Source: an uncultured Phascolarctobacterium sp. (GTDB lineage: Bacteria > Bacillota > Negativicutes > Acidaminococcales > Acidaminococcaceae). Taken from it: 64,000 bases of DNA. Within the stretch, counting starts at the first letter, position 1, and each line of letters begins with the position of its first letter. The translations under genes were made by a program, and so were the position numbers. Of this stretch, positions 47,958 to 56,412 are shown in pieces. The stretch spans positions 10,015-74,014 of the forward strand of contig CAJLLL010000002.1 in assembly GCA_905207485.1 (NCBI GenBank). The letters are read 5' to 3'. Under the pieces are notes generated by a model. The model was not told where the DNA came from. It saw only the letters and a list, made by a program, of their open reading frames with translations, and did no database searches.

Positions 47958-49331
47958 TTATCCCCCCAAAGGTACTGCAACTTCGGCGCAGGTTCCGCCC
48001 TGCGGCCTGTTTTCTATTTTAAAAGTCCCGTGTAAATCGGCTTCGGCCATAGTTTTTATTATGCGCAGCCCCAAACTGTTCTGCGGCAGCCCTGTAAAGC
48101 CCTGCGGCAAACCAACGCCGTCATCAGTAACGGTAAGCACGCAGCCAGTTTCGGTACGCCGCAGCGTTACGCTGATAGCGCCTTGCGTGCGCCCTGTAAA
48201 AGCATGGTCAAAACAGTTTTGCAGCATTTCGTTAAGCACAAGCGCTATACTGGTGGCTTTTTCCGAAGATACCAGCACTTCATCGGCGCTGAACTCCGTT
48301 TTTAAATTCAGCTCCGGCGCCGCCATGCCGCTTAAAACGGCTTTATAAATGCCCTGAGCCACTACTGCCATATCAACTTTGCCGCTGCCCTGCTGCGATA
48401 AAAATTCGTGCACAACGGCAATGCTGTTTACGCGGCTGATGCAGTCGCGCAGCACCTGTTTTGTCTCATCGGCTTCAGCGCGGCGCATTTGCAGGCGCAG
48501 CAGGCTGGCAATGGTTTGCAGGTTATTTTTTACGCGGTGGTGTATTTCTTTAATAACCGCCGATTTTACAAGCAGTTCTTCGTCGCGCTTTTTCAGTTCC
48601 GTAATATCGCGCAGAATAACAACGGCGTAGCGCGCTTCCGTCGTTCCGCCCACCGGTACCACACGCATGGCCAAAAGCATGCCGCGCAGGCGTATTTCTT
48701 TGCCTTCGGCCGTGCCTGTTTTAAGCACCATGCCCACCAGCGGCCAGTTAATCTGCATGCTGCTTGTACGCAGCCCGATAAGGTTTGCAACTCCTACCAC
48801 CTGAAAAATATGGCGTGCCGTAGAATTGGCGGCAATTATTTTTTTATCACTATCAACCACCATCAGCCCGTCGCCCGGGGCAAGGCGTTCATAAAACTCG
48901 CTGGCGCCTTCCTGCTTGGCAGGATTTTTTAAAAACTCAAACGCCACGCTGATAAAAACGTCATCCACGCCGGAAAGATCGAACACTACGGCAGCAAAAC
49001 ATTTGCCGCGCCTGTCCTGCACGGGATACACACGTACCCCCGCAAATTTGCCAAGGCTCAGTTCACGTTTGCCTTCAAGCGGCACATTGCGCTGCAAACA
49101 GCGCGCCACCAGCGGTTCTTCGCCGATACGCACCTCACGGCCCGGTGCAAGTTCCGGCTGCTGCAAAAACTGTGTTTTAGGCATCGACTGGTGATAAACG
49201 CGCAAAAAACGTTTGTCATCCGATGCGATATAAACTGTAATGCAGGCGTGAGCGATATCGGCGGCAAAATCCATGCCCTGCCTGATGGATGCCAGTATAT
49301 TCTTCTGTTCACTGTTAAGATTTTTTAACAT
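47958..49331 (-). CDS. Cytoplasmic sensor histidine kinase (PAS/GAF sensor + HisKA_2 + HATPase), EutW-like partner of the ANTAR regulator
   Basis: 457 aa with no TM segments. The HisKA_2 H-box is EIHHRVKNNLQ, followed by HATPase motifs (DDGVGLP). It lies 2 nt upstream of the response regulator gene. Confidence 0.8.
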   Translation of the reverse strand: MLKNLNSEQKNILASIRQGMDFAADIAHACITVYIASDDKRFLRVYHQSMPKTQFLQQPELAPGREVRIGEEPLVARCLQRNVPLEGKRELSLGKFAGVRVYPVQDRRGKCFAAVVFDLSGVDDVFISVAFEFLKNPAKQEGASEFYERLAPGDGLMVVDSDKKIIAANSTARHIFQVVGVANLIGLRTSSMQINWPLVGMVLKTGTAEGKEIRLRGMLLAMRVVPVGGTTEARYAVVILRDITELKKRDEELLVKSAVIKEIHHRVKNNLQTIASLLRLQMRRAEADETKQVLRDCISRVNSIAVVHEFLSQQGSGKVDMAVVAQGIYKAVLSGMAAPELNLKTEFSADEVLVSSEKATSIALVLNEMLQNCFDHAFTGRTQGAISVTLRRTETGCVLTVTDDGVGLPQGFTGLPQNSLGLRIIKTMAEADLHGTFKIENRPQGGTCAEVAVPLGG

Positions 49332-49394
49332 AGTGTTAATCCCAAGTTTTCAAAAAATTTACAACAATGATGTTTTACACAGTAATTCACAATG

Positions 49395-49512
49395 TTATCC
49401 ACATTATGCACAGAGTTTTCCGCACAAAAAGGTGTGCATTTTATGCTTTTTCACACACTTATGCACGTTATCCACAGTTTTGGTGTTTTATAGTAGACAG
49501 TGTTTATCCCAA
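49395..49512. promoter_or_regulatory. DnaA-box cluster
   Basis: Two perfect TTATCCACA boxes at 49395-49403 and 49468-49476. Each abuts a TTATGCAC(A/G) box (49404-49412 and 49459-49467), and a TTATCCCAA box lies at 49504-49512. The cluster sits between the tsaD stop and the kinase start. Confidence 0.6.
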
Positions 49513-50517
49513 TTTTAAAGACGGTACTGCATTTAAATCAAGCGGGCTTTTTTCTCCGTTAACATACATAAAGTAACCGCGGCAGGCAATCATCACTGCG
49601 TTATCCGTGCAAAGGATGGGCGTTGGGTGTACAAGCCGGGCGCCAGCACGCTGCGCTGCCTGCGCCAGAGTATTTTGCAGTGTTTTGTTGGCAGAAACGC
49701 CGCCTGCCAGCACAATTTCTTTTAAGCCGGTCTGTTTTATGGCCAGCACGCTTTTCTGCACCAGCGCATCCACAATAGCGTGCTGGAACGATGCCGCTAC
49801 ATCGGCACGGTTCACATCTTCTCCTGCCTGCTGTTTATTATGCAGATAGTTGATAACTGCCGATTTTAAACCACTGAAACTGAATTCAAAATTATCGCCC
49901 AGTTTGGCACGCGGAAAATCAATCGCCAGTGCATTGCCTTCCTGCGCCAGTTTTTCCACTTCCGGCCCGCCGGGATAAGGCAGTCCCAATACACGCGCAA
50001 CTTTATCGAATGCTTCACCGGCGGCATCGTCGCGGGTCTGCCCCAGCAGTTCAAAACTGTTGTAATCTTTAACTACCAGAAGCGCCGTATGCCCACCGCT
50101 GACTACCAACGCCAGAAACGGCGGTTTTAATTCGGCATCGTTTAAAAAGTTGGCAAATACATGCCCTTCAAGGTGATTAACGCCGATAAGAGGTTTATCT
50201 GCCGCCCAGGCAAGCGCTTTGGCTGCCGAAAGCCCTACCAAAAGCGCGCCTACAAGCCCCGGGCCGTAAGTTACCGCCACGGCGTCAATTTGCTCAAGCG
50301 GCACGTTTGCTTTAGCCAGCGCTTCATCTATTACCGGCAGCACATTGCGGATATGGTTGCGCGAAGCAATTTCCGGCACAACGCCGCCGTATTTGCGGTG
50401 AATAGGCACCTGTGAAGAAATGATGTTGCTTAAAACTTCACGGCCGTTTTTCACTACTGCCGCCGCTGTTTCATCGCAGCTTGATTCTATACCGAGTATG
50501 TAAATATCTTTATTCAT
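49504..50517 (-). CDS. tsaD: tRNA N6-adenosine threonylcarbamoyltransferase
   Basis: Kae1/TsaD fold ([18 protein letters not shown] metal site). The start at MNKDIYILG has a GGGAGG RBS; the track ORF extends 19 codons upstream. Confidence 0.9.
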   Translation of the reverse strand: MNKDIYILGIESSCDETAAAVVKNGREVLSNIISSQVPIHRKYGGVVPEIASRNHIRNVLPVIDEALAKANVPLEQIDAVAVTYGPGLVGALLVGLSAAKALAWAADKPLIGVNHLEGHVFANFLNDAELKPPFLALVVSGGHTALLVVKDYNSFELLGQTRDDAAGEAFDKVARVLGLPYPGGPEVEKLAQEGNALAIDFPRAKLGDNFEFSFSGLKSAVINYLHNKQQAGEDVNRADVAASFQHAIVDALVQKSVLAIKQTGLKEIVLAGGVSANKTLQNTLAQAAQRAGARLVHPTPILCTDNAVMIACRGYFMYVNGEKSPLDLNAVPSLKLG

Positions 50518-50983
50518 GGGTTTCTGCCTCCCTGTACAGCCACATAATAACCGCATCTTCGTGATTATCGGCATAATAACCCGGGCGCACGCCTTCAGCC
50601 CTGAATCCGCAGGTTAAGTACATTTTCTGCGCTGCGGCATTGCTTTGGCGCACTTCAAGGGTTACGGCTTCCGCACCTGCCTGCCAGGCACGGTTAATAA
50701 GCGCGGCGGTAAGCCTTGTGCCAAGCCCGCGGTCACGTTCTTCGCGCGCTACGGCAACGCGTGTAATCTGCGCTTCCCCGGCTACCAGCCAGTAACCGGC
50801 ATAGCCAATTACCCTGCCGTTTTCTTCAAGGGCAATATATGTTGTAAGGCTGTTGTTTAATTCATCCAGCCACATGCTTTCGTTCCAGGCGTCAAAAAAA
50901 GTATCGTTTTCTATTTTGCTGACATCGATAATATCTCCGAAGGACATATCACGGATTACTGTTGCCCGTGCTTCTGTTCCCAT
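50510..50983 (-). CDS. rimI: Ribosomal-protein-alanine N-acetyltransferase (GNAT)
   Basis: 157-aa GNAT fold with the acetyl-CoA motif (RDRGLGTRL). It sits between tsaB and tsaD as in many bacteria. Confidence 0.85.
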   Translation of the reverse strand: MGTEARATVIRDMSFGDIIDVSKIENDTFFDAWNESMWLDELNNSLTTYIALEENGRVIGYAGYWLVAGEAQITRVAVAREERDRGLGTRLTAALINRAWQAGAEAVTLEVRQSNAAAQKMYLTCGFRAEGVRPGYYADNHEDAVIMWLYREAETHE

Positions 50984-51651
50984 AGTTCTTCTGCCTCCGA
51001 TTTTCTGATATAGTACGGCTCAAGCCCGAAAATGCCGTTTTGTTCTTCGGGGTTATAGGCTTTAAGCGCAGCAAGCGCTGTGCCCGCTGCCTGCGGCAGG
51101 CGCAGGTAATCAGGCGCAAGCGTGCACCAATGCGGCAGTTCCATGCTTTCCAGTTTATTGCATTCGCCCAAAATAACAGCCGGTTTTCCCTGCAAGGCAA
51201 GGTTTTCCAAAAGCTGCTCTTTATTAACTACCTGCACGCTTTGCAGTTCTTTTACTTCGCCATCCTGCCATTCATACAGCGCCTGGTAGTAATTGCCCTT
51301 CTGCGCATCCAAAACCGGCGAAAGCACTATGCCTGCCGCCGGCAGATTATATGCCAGTGCCAAAGGCGTTGCCACGCCCTGCAGCGGCTTCTTCCACGCA
51401 TATGCCAGTGCTTCTGCCGTAGCCAGCCCTATGCGCAGCCCCGTGAATGAACCCGGTCCCATGCTGACGGCGATTAAATCAATATCTGCCTTCTGCACGC
51501 CGGTGCGTGCTAAAAGCTGTTCAAGCTGCGGCATTAATCCTTCCGAATGGGTCATGCCCATATTTATTTTATATTCAGCCAAAATTTTTCCGTCGCGGCA
51601 TAAACCGACGGCACAGGCTTTAGTTGCCGTATCAATCGACAGTACCAGCAT
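50956..51651 (-). CDS. tsaB: tRNA threonylcarbamoyladenosine biosynthesis protein TsaB (YeaZ)
   Basis: 231 aa with an inactive Kae1-like N-terminal fold (LSIDTATKACAVGL). It overlaps rimI by 28 nt. Confidence 0.85.
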   Translation of the reverse strand: MLVLSIDTATKACAVGLCRDGKILAEYKINMGMTHSEGLMPQLEQLLARTGVQKADIDLIAVSMGPGSFTGLRIGLATAEALAYAWKKPLQGVATPLALAYNLPAAGIVLSPVLDAQKGNYYQALYEWQDGEVKELQSVQVVNKEQLLENLALQGKPAVILGECNKLESMELPHWCTLAPDYLRLPQAAGTALAALKAYNPEEQNGIFGLEPYYIRKSEAEELWEQKHGQQ

Positions 51652-52105
51652 TTTTTTCCACTTCCCTGCAAAGTTTTTCGTAACGTGCGCCCAAAGGCTT
51701 TAAAATAATTTTACGCCCGGCGCCGTCAATTTCTATCGTAATATGCAAATATTCTTCCGGCAGCTCGCTTAAAAACAGTTCGCCCCATTCTACAACAGTC
51801 ACGCCGTCCGTGCCGCAGTATTCGCCAAAGCCTGTATTGTACAGTTCGTCGGCGTCCTGTATGCGGTACAAGTCAAAATGGCGCATCTCAAGCCTGCCTT
51901 CGTACACATTCATTATGGCAAAGGTTGGGCTGTTTACATCTGCCGTATCGGCGCCGAGCCCGGCGGCAATACCGCGCGAGAGCAGCGTTTTGCCAGCACC
52001 TAAATCCCCGGTCAGGCAGTATACGTCGCCATCAGCCGCAAGGCTGCCTAACAGCCGTCCAAGAGCTTCTGTTGCAGCACTGTCCTTACAATAAATTTCC
52101 ATCAT
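51632..52105 (-). CDS. tsaE: tRNA threonylcarbamoyladenosine biosynthesis ATPase TsaE (YjeE)
   Basis: 157 aa with Walker A GDLGAGKT; overlaps the tsaB start by 20 nt. Confidence 0.85.
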   Translation of the reverse strand: MMEIYCKDSAATEALGRLLGSLAADGDVYCLTGDLGAGKTLLSRGIAAGLGADTADVNSPTFAIMNVYEGRLEMRHFDLYRIQDADELYNTGFGEYCGTDGVTVVEWGELFLSELPEEYLHITIEIDGAGRKIILKPLGARYEKLCREVEKNAGTVD

Positions 52106-52128
52106 AAAAATCCTTTCTCTGTAATGCC

Positions 52129-52159
52129 AAAAAGCAGTACCGGAACTTGCCGGTACTGC
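52129..52159 (-). terminator. Intrinsic terminator after the GerMN lipoprotein gene
   Basis: 10-bp perfect stem gcagtaccgg / ccggtactgc with a 5-nt loop and a U-run on the minus strand. Confidence 0.55.
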
Positions 52160-52164
52160 CCCTG

Positions 52165-52695
52165 TTATTTTGCTATCATATCTGTATCGCGCTCAAAGGC
52201 GTCCAATAAATCAATATGCCCTTTTATGCTGCCTTCCTTTTTGCCTTCAATTAAAAAGTTTACTTCTTTAATTTCGGGAAATTCCGTCAGCGTATTTGTA
52301 ATGGCTTCCGTCAGCATCATCTCGGTGTAAGAGCCGGCTTCGATATTGTAAATTTCCTTGCTTAAATCAACAACTGCCACGCCTTTATCAACCGTCAGGC
52401 TGCGGATTTTTAAATCTTTGGGGAAACCGTTAATCAGCTTTTTATCCTGCGGCTGCGTGCTTATTAAAGCATTTAACGCCAAAAGCGGCAGGTTCTTTTC
52501 TTCGCCTTCCACAGTTACTTTTTCGGCATAAAGCATTTCCGTGCCGTCAGCGGGCAGGCGGTAAACAGTTACCGTATATTTACCGGTCTGCGCTTCTGTA
52601 TCCTGCGGCATGGTAGGTTTTACGTCCTGCGTGCAGGCAGCCGTCAGCAAAGTCATTAGTACCACGCAGAGTACTGCAAAAAATTTTTTCAGCAT
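52165..52695 (-). CDS. GerMN-domain lipoprotein
   Basis: 176 aa with the lipobox LTAAC and a C-terminal GerMN-type domain (VDKGVAVVDLSKE...). Confidence 0.6.
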   Translation of the reverse strand: MLKKFFAVLCVVLMTLLTAACTQDVKPTMPQDTEAQTGKYTVTVYRLPADGTEMLYAEKVTVEGEEKNLPLLALNALISTQPQDKKLINGFPKDLKIRSLTVDKGVAVVDLSKEIYNIEAGSYTEMMLTEAITNTLTEFPEIKEVNFLIEGKKEGSIKGHIDLLDAFERDTDMIAK

Positions 52696-52709
52696 ATTAG
52701 TACCCTCCG

Positions 52710-53885
52710 TTAATCAAAATAATCTTCAATGCCGTCGGCAATGGATTTTGCCAGTTTGTTAATGTACCAGTTGCTCTTCATAAGTTTTTCTTCTTTAGGA
52801 TTGGAGATAAAGGCAAGTTCCAGCAGCGTCGAAGGCATGCTGCAGCGTTTGTTTACATAAAAGTTCGCTTTGCGGATTCCCAAATCGTCCAGTCCGAAGT
52901 TTTTAACAAGCCTGTCCTGCACTGCCTGTGCCAGGCGGGCATCGTTATTTGTTTTGGGGTAATAGTAGGACGAAAAACCGCCCACATTTTTATTGGTAGA
53001 GGAGTTAATGTGAATGCTTACAAAAGCATCGGCATCGTTGTCTTCCGCTACATCAACACGCGCCTGCAATTCCTGCACATCGCTGGCATTGGGGCCGTAC
53101 ACATCCTTATCGGTAGTACGCGTCATGCTTACTTTGGCACCTTTTTTCTTCAGCAGTTCCTGTACTTTTTTGGTAATTTTTAAGGTTACGTCCTTCTCGC
53201 GCGTGCCACTGGCGCCGATAGCACCCGGGTCGCTGCCGCCATGGCCGGCATCAAGGGTTATTTTTTTGCCTTTCAGTCCGCCGTTAGTTTTATATCCGTC
53301 AGATTTGGACGTTTTCTTTTCCTCTTTCTTTTCTACTGCCTGCTTTTTGGGAACGGTTACTTTCGGCGTAGTAGCTTTGGGAACCGTTGTTTTTGGAGTT
53401 GTTACCGCCGGTTTGGCAGGTTCGGTTTTAGCCGGTGTTGTTTTGGGAATTACCACGCTCGGAGTTGCGGTTTTATCTGCGGTAATATCCACAACCAAAC
53501 GGTTCGGGCGTTTGGTTACAGGGTCATTTTTTAATGTAAACGCATTGTAGTCCTGCGTACCGATAGCGCGGGTAAGCGGGAGTTTAAGCACCGTTTTGCC
53601 GGGGCTGCCCGATACCGTCATTGTCGGCGCAAGCGTGCTGCGCATTTTAAAGCTGCGTGTAACTTTGGAGTTTAAATCCGCATTAAGCGTTACCAGCATT
53701 GTCTGCCCCTGAAAGCTGATATTGTAGCCCGGTGCGGAATCCAAATCCACAACAAGGCGAAGTACGTTATATCTGTCAAGCCCCCAGCGCACATCAGTTA
53801 CTTCTGCCGCATAGGCGGAAACGCAGGCAAAAATACTTATTATAAATAATAGAACGCTAATTATTTTTTTGTGCAAGCCTGTCAC
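52710..53885 (-). CDS. amiC: N-acetylmuramoyl-L-alanine amidase, AmiC-like (AMIN + Thr/Pro-rich linker + Amidase_3)
   Basis: 391 aa with a signal peptide and an AMIN domain, then TTPK/TVPK repeats. The Amidase_3 catalytic domain carries the zinc ligands (LDAGHGG...HINS). Confidence 0.85.
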   Translation of the reverse strand: MTGLHKKIISVLLFIISIFACVSAYAAEVTDVRWGLDRYNVLRLVVDLDSAPGYNISFQGQTMLVTLNADLNSKVTRSFKMRSTLAPTMTVSGSPGKTVLKLPLTRAIGTQDYNAFTLKNDPVTKRPNRLVVDITADKTATPSVVIPKTTPAKTEPAKPAVTTPKTTVPKATTPKVTVPKKQAVEKKEEKKTSKSDGYKTNGGLKGKKITLDAGHGGSDPGAIGASGTREKDVTLKITKKVQELLKKKGAKVSMTRTTDKDVYGPNASDVQELQARVDVAEDNDADAFVSIHINSSTNKNVGGFSSYYYPKTNNDARLAQAVQDRLVKNFGLDDLGIRKANFYVNKRCSMPSTLLELAFISNPKEEKLMKSNWYINKLAKSIADGIEDYFD

Positions 53886-53971
53886 TCCTTTATCACGTTG
53901 TTAGCTAAATAATTTTATCATTTTTACAAAGTTCTGTAAATAAATGCAGGCTTTTCTGCCATAAATTTCAC

Positions 53972-55528
53972 TTAAATTTCTCCATTTTCCACCATACGGC
54001 GCGCTTCCGGAACAAAATCCGCCAGTTCTCCCGCCGCAATACCGATACAGCCGTTTGCCAAAAGCTCGCCTGCAAGCCCGTGCAGATATACGCCGCAAAC
54101 AGCGGCAGCTTCCGCTTCTATGCCCTGTGCGCACAGCCCTGCGATAACGCCTGTAAGTACATCGCCGCAGCCGCCGGTTGCCATAGCGCTTGTGCCGGTG
54201 GTGTTTACGTAAACAGTGCCGTCCGGGCAGCCGATAACGGTCGGTGCACCTTTAAGCACCAGCACGCAGTTCCATTCAGCAGCATATTTTTGCGCAAGCT
54301 CAACGCGGCGCGCATCAACTTCGGCAGCGGTTAAACCGCACAAACGCGCCATTTCTCCGGGGTGAGGGGTTAAAATTTTGGTGCATTTAAGCTGAGGCAG
54401 GCTTTCCATGCTGCGGCTTAAAGCAGTCAGCGCATCAGCGTCGATAACAGCCGTGCCTTCATAGCCCTGCAAAATGTTCATAATTACTTCGCCGGTAGCT
54501 TCACTGGTGCCAAGCCCCGGGCCAATGGCAAGCACATCGGCCTTAGCTGCGGCGTCAAGCACTTCGGCAGCGGCGCCGCCGCCCAAAACGCCTGGCATAC
54601 GTTCTATTAAGCCTTTAACCATAACTTCCGTTAATTTTACCGCCAATACTTCCCGTGAGCAGAGCGGCGTATACAGGCTTACCAGCCCCGCCCCTGCTTT
54701 AACCGCTGCATTGCCGCACAGCGCCGCCGCACCTGTATAGCCCGGCGAACCTGCCGCAATCACCACGCGGCCTGCTTCACCCTTATGGCAGTTGCCGCTG
54801 CGCAGCGGCAGAAAATCACGCACAATGCCTGCATCAAGCAGATATTTGCTGCCTTCCGCCTGTTCCGTCAACGCTTCGGGCATCCCTATAGGCGCAACAA
54901 TAAGTTTGCCTGCCAGTTCTGCCGCCGGGTAAAGGTAAAGCCCAACTTTTGGCAGCTGCATTGTTACCGTTGCCGCTGCCTGCACGGCATTTTCATCCGC
55001 CATGCCGGTATCTGCTTCCGCACCGCTCGGTACATCCACAGCCAGCACATTTGCGCGCACGCTGTTCATTAAAACGCAGGCACGCTTATAACTGCCGCCA
55101 AGTTCTCCCTTAAAACCGGTGCCCAACAGAGCGTCTATCAGCAAGTCAGCATGAGCAGCGGCAATTTCTGCAATGTTCCAGTCTGTTTCTTCCTGCAAAA
55201 CATTAACGGCAAGCCCGCTTTTGGCGCAAATTTTAAGCTGCACTGCTGCTGCGCCGCTAAAATCTGACGCAGGCGATGCCACAAAAACCTTAACGCGTAC
55301 GCCTTCTGCGCTAAGCCAGCGCGCCGCTACCAAACCATCGCCGCCGTTGTTGCCTTTGCCAACAAAAATTACGACATTTTTAGCATATACATCGCCGTCC
55401 AAAAGTTCTGCGGCAGCCTCAGCTACCGCACGCCCGGCGTTTTCCATCAGTACGGCGGCAGGCAGGTAAAATTCCTCCGCCGCTTTTTTATCAAGCGCGC
55501 CCATTTCGCGTGCATATACAAGTTTCAT
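53972..55528 (-). CDS. nnr: Bifunctional NAD(P)H-hydrate repair enzyme (epimerase + ADP-dependent dehydratase)
   Basis: 518 aa with a YjeF N-terminal domain (GKGNNGGDG) and a YjeF C-terminal carbohydrate-kinase-like domain (GGCGDVLTG). Confidence 0.85.
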   Translation of the reverse strand: MKLVYAREMGALDKKAAEEFYLPAAVLMENAGRAVAEAAAELLDGDVYAKNVVIFVGKGNNGGDGLVAARWLSAEGVRVKVFVASPASDFSGAAAVQLKICAKSGLAVNVLQEETDWNIAEIAAAHADLLIDALLGTGFKGELGGSYKRACVLMNSVRANVLAVDVPSGAEADTGMADENAVQAAATVTMQLPKVGLYLYPAAELAGKLIVAPIGMPEALTEQAEGSKYLLDAGIVRDFLPLRSGNCHKGEAGRVVIAAGSPGYTGAAALCGNAAVKAGAGLVSLYTPLCSREVLAVKLTEVMVKGLIERMPGVLGGGAAAEVLDAAAKADVLAIGPGLGTSEATGEVIMNILQGYEGTAVIDADALTALSRSMESLPQLKCTKILTPHPGEMARLCGLTAAEVDARRVELAQKYAAEWNCVLVLKGAPTVIGCPDGTVYVNTTGTSAMATGGCGDVLTGVIAGLCAQGIEAEAAAVCGVYLHGLAGELLANGCIGIAAGELADFVPEARRMVENGEI

Positions 55529-55530
55529 TA

Positions 55531-55902
55531 TTATCCCTCCAAAATAACCTGCGCCATAGCGAGTTCCTTCGTATGGCTAAGCGTAAGATGTATGCGCTCT
55601 GCCCCAAGGCCTGCGGCGTAATCTTTAAAATAGCCGTGCAAAACAAGCTGCGGCCTGCCTAAATCATCGTTTATAACTTCAATTTCCGTAAGGCGCCCGC
55701 CGCGCAAGCCCGTGCCAACAGCCTTTACAAAAGCCTCTTTGGCGGCAAAGCGGGCGGCATAACTCTGGTGCGCCTGCACTCCGCGCCCGTTGCAGTAAGC
55801 CTGCTCGCGCTCCGTAAAAACGCGCGCTGCAAAACCGCTTTGTCCAAGCGCTTTTTTTATGCGGTTAACCTCTGCCAAATCGCAGCCAATGCCAATAACC
55901 AT
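55531..55902 (-). CDS. acpS: Holo-[acyl-carrier-protein] synthase
   Basis: 123-aa 4'-phosphopantetheinyl transferase (GIGCDLAEVNRI, FAAKEAFVKA). Confidence 0.85.
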   Translation of the reverse strand: MVIGIGCDLAEVNRIKKALGQSGFAARVFTEREQAYCNGRGVQAHQSYAARFAAKEAFVKAVGTGLRGGRLTEIEVINDDLGRPQLVLHGYFKDYAAGLGAERIHLTLSHTKELAMAQVILEG

Positions 55903-56025
55903 AAACTCTCCTTAACTTGCTGCGCCGGTTGGCGCAAACTAATCCATATTTCATTAATTTCAAGTTTTTCCTTTAAAATCCTGCCCTAAAAAGTGAACTT
56001 TATGCAAAAAAGCCATGTAATTTTA

Positions 56026-56053
56026 TTGCGCGCCACACTATTTATTGTATAAT
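56026..56053 (+). promoter_or_regulatory. Putative promoter (TTGCGC-16-TATAAT) for the TSCPD gene
   Basis: Consensus -10 with a weak -35, about 35 nt upstream of the TTG start. Confidence 0.35.
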
Positions 56054-56087
56054 TGTTACAGCAGTATTTAAAAGGAGGCTTTAAATT

Positions 56088-56331
56088 GTTATATAAAACC
56101 CACGGCACCTGTTCCGTTGCCATTGATTTGGAAGTGGAAAACGACATTATTAAACACGCGCAGTTCATCAACGGCTGCCCCGGCAATACCAAAGGCATTT
56201 CCATGCTGGTTCAGGGCATGGAAGCCAGAGAGGCAATCCGCCGGTTAAAAGGTATTACCTGCGGCGCCAAACCCACAAGCTGCCCCGACCAGCTTGCCCA
56301 CGCACTTGAAGAAGCATTGCAGCAGCAGTAA
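56088..56331 (+). CDS. TSCPD-domain protein (TIGR03905-like)
   Basis: About 81 aa with Cys-containing motifs (HGTCSVAIDL, NGCPGNTKG, GITCGAKPTSCPDQLA). A TTG start with an AAAGGAGG RBS 7 nt upstream was chosen. Confidence 0.55.
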
Positions 56332-56347
56332 AAACGCAAAAGGCAAA

Positions 56348-56396
56348 ACGCCATGCCCGCTGAAATTAAATTTTCATACAGGCACGGCGTTTTTTA
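56348..56396. terminator. Bidirectional terminator (long imperfect hairpin) between the TSCPD gene and the aldehyde dehydrogenase gene
   Basis: Arms aacgccatgcc / ggcacggcgtt with an internally paired tgaaat/ttttca loop; U-runs on both strands. Confidence 0.4.
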
Positions 56397-56412
56397 TTTT
56401 CAGTTTATGCGC

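Noticed and set aside
49380-49515. Possibility that the DnaA-box cluster is oriC itself
   Set aside because: No dnaA or dnaN gene and no clear AT-rich DNA-unwinding element are adjacent. Five boxes within 120 bp fit a secondary DnaA-box cluster better. This cannot be fully excluded without the rest of the chromosome.
53241-53550. Repetitive ACC/ACG/CCG/AAA DNA that could be mistaken for a repeat array or CRISPR
   Set aside because: It encodes the Thr/Pro/Lys-rich linker (TTPK, TVPK repeats) of the AmiC-like amidase. There are no spacers or direct repeats of CRISPR type.
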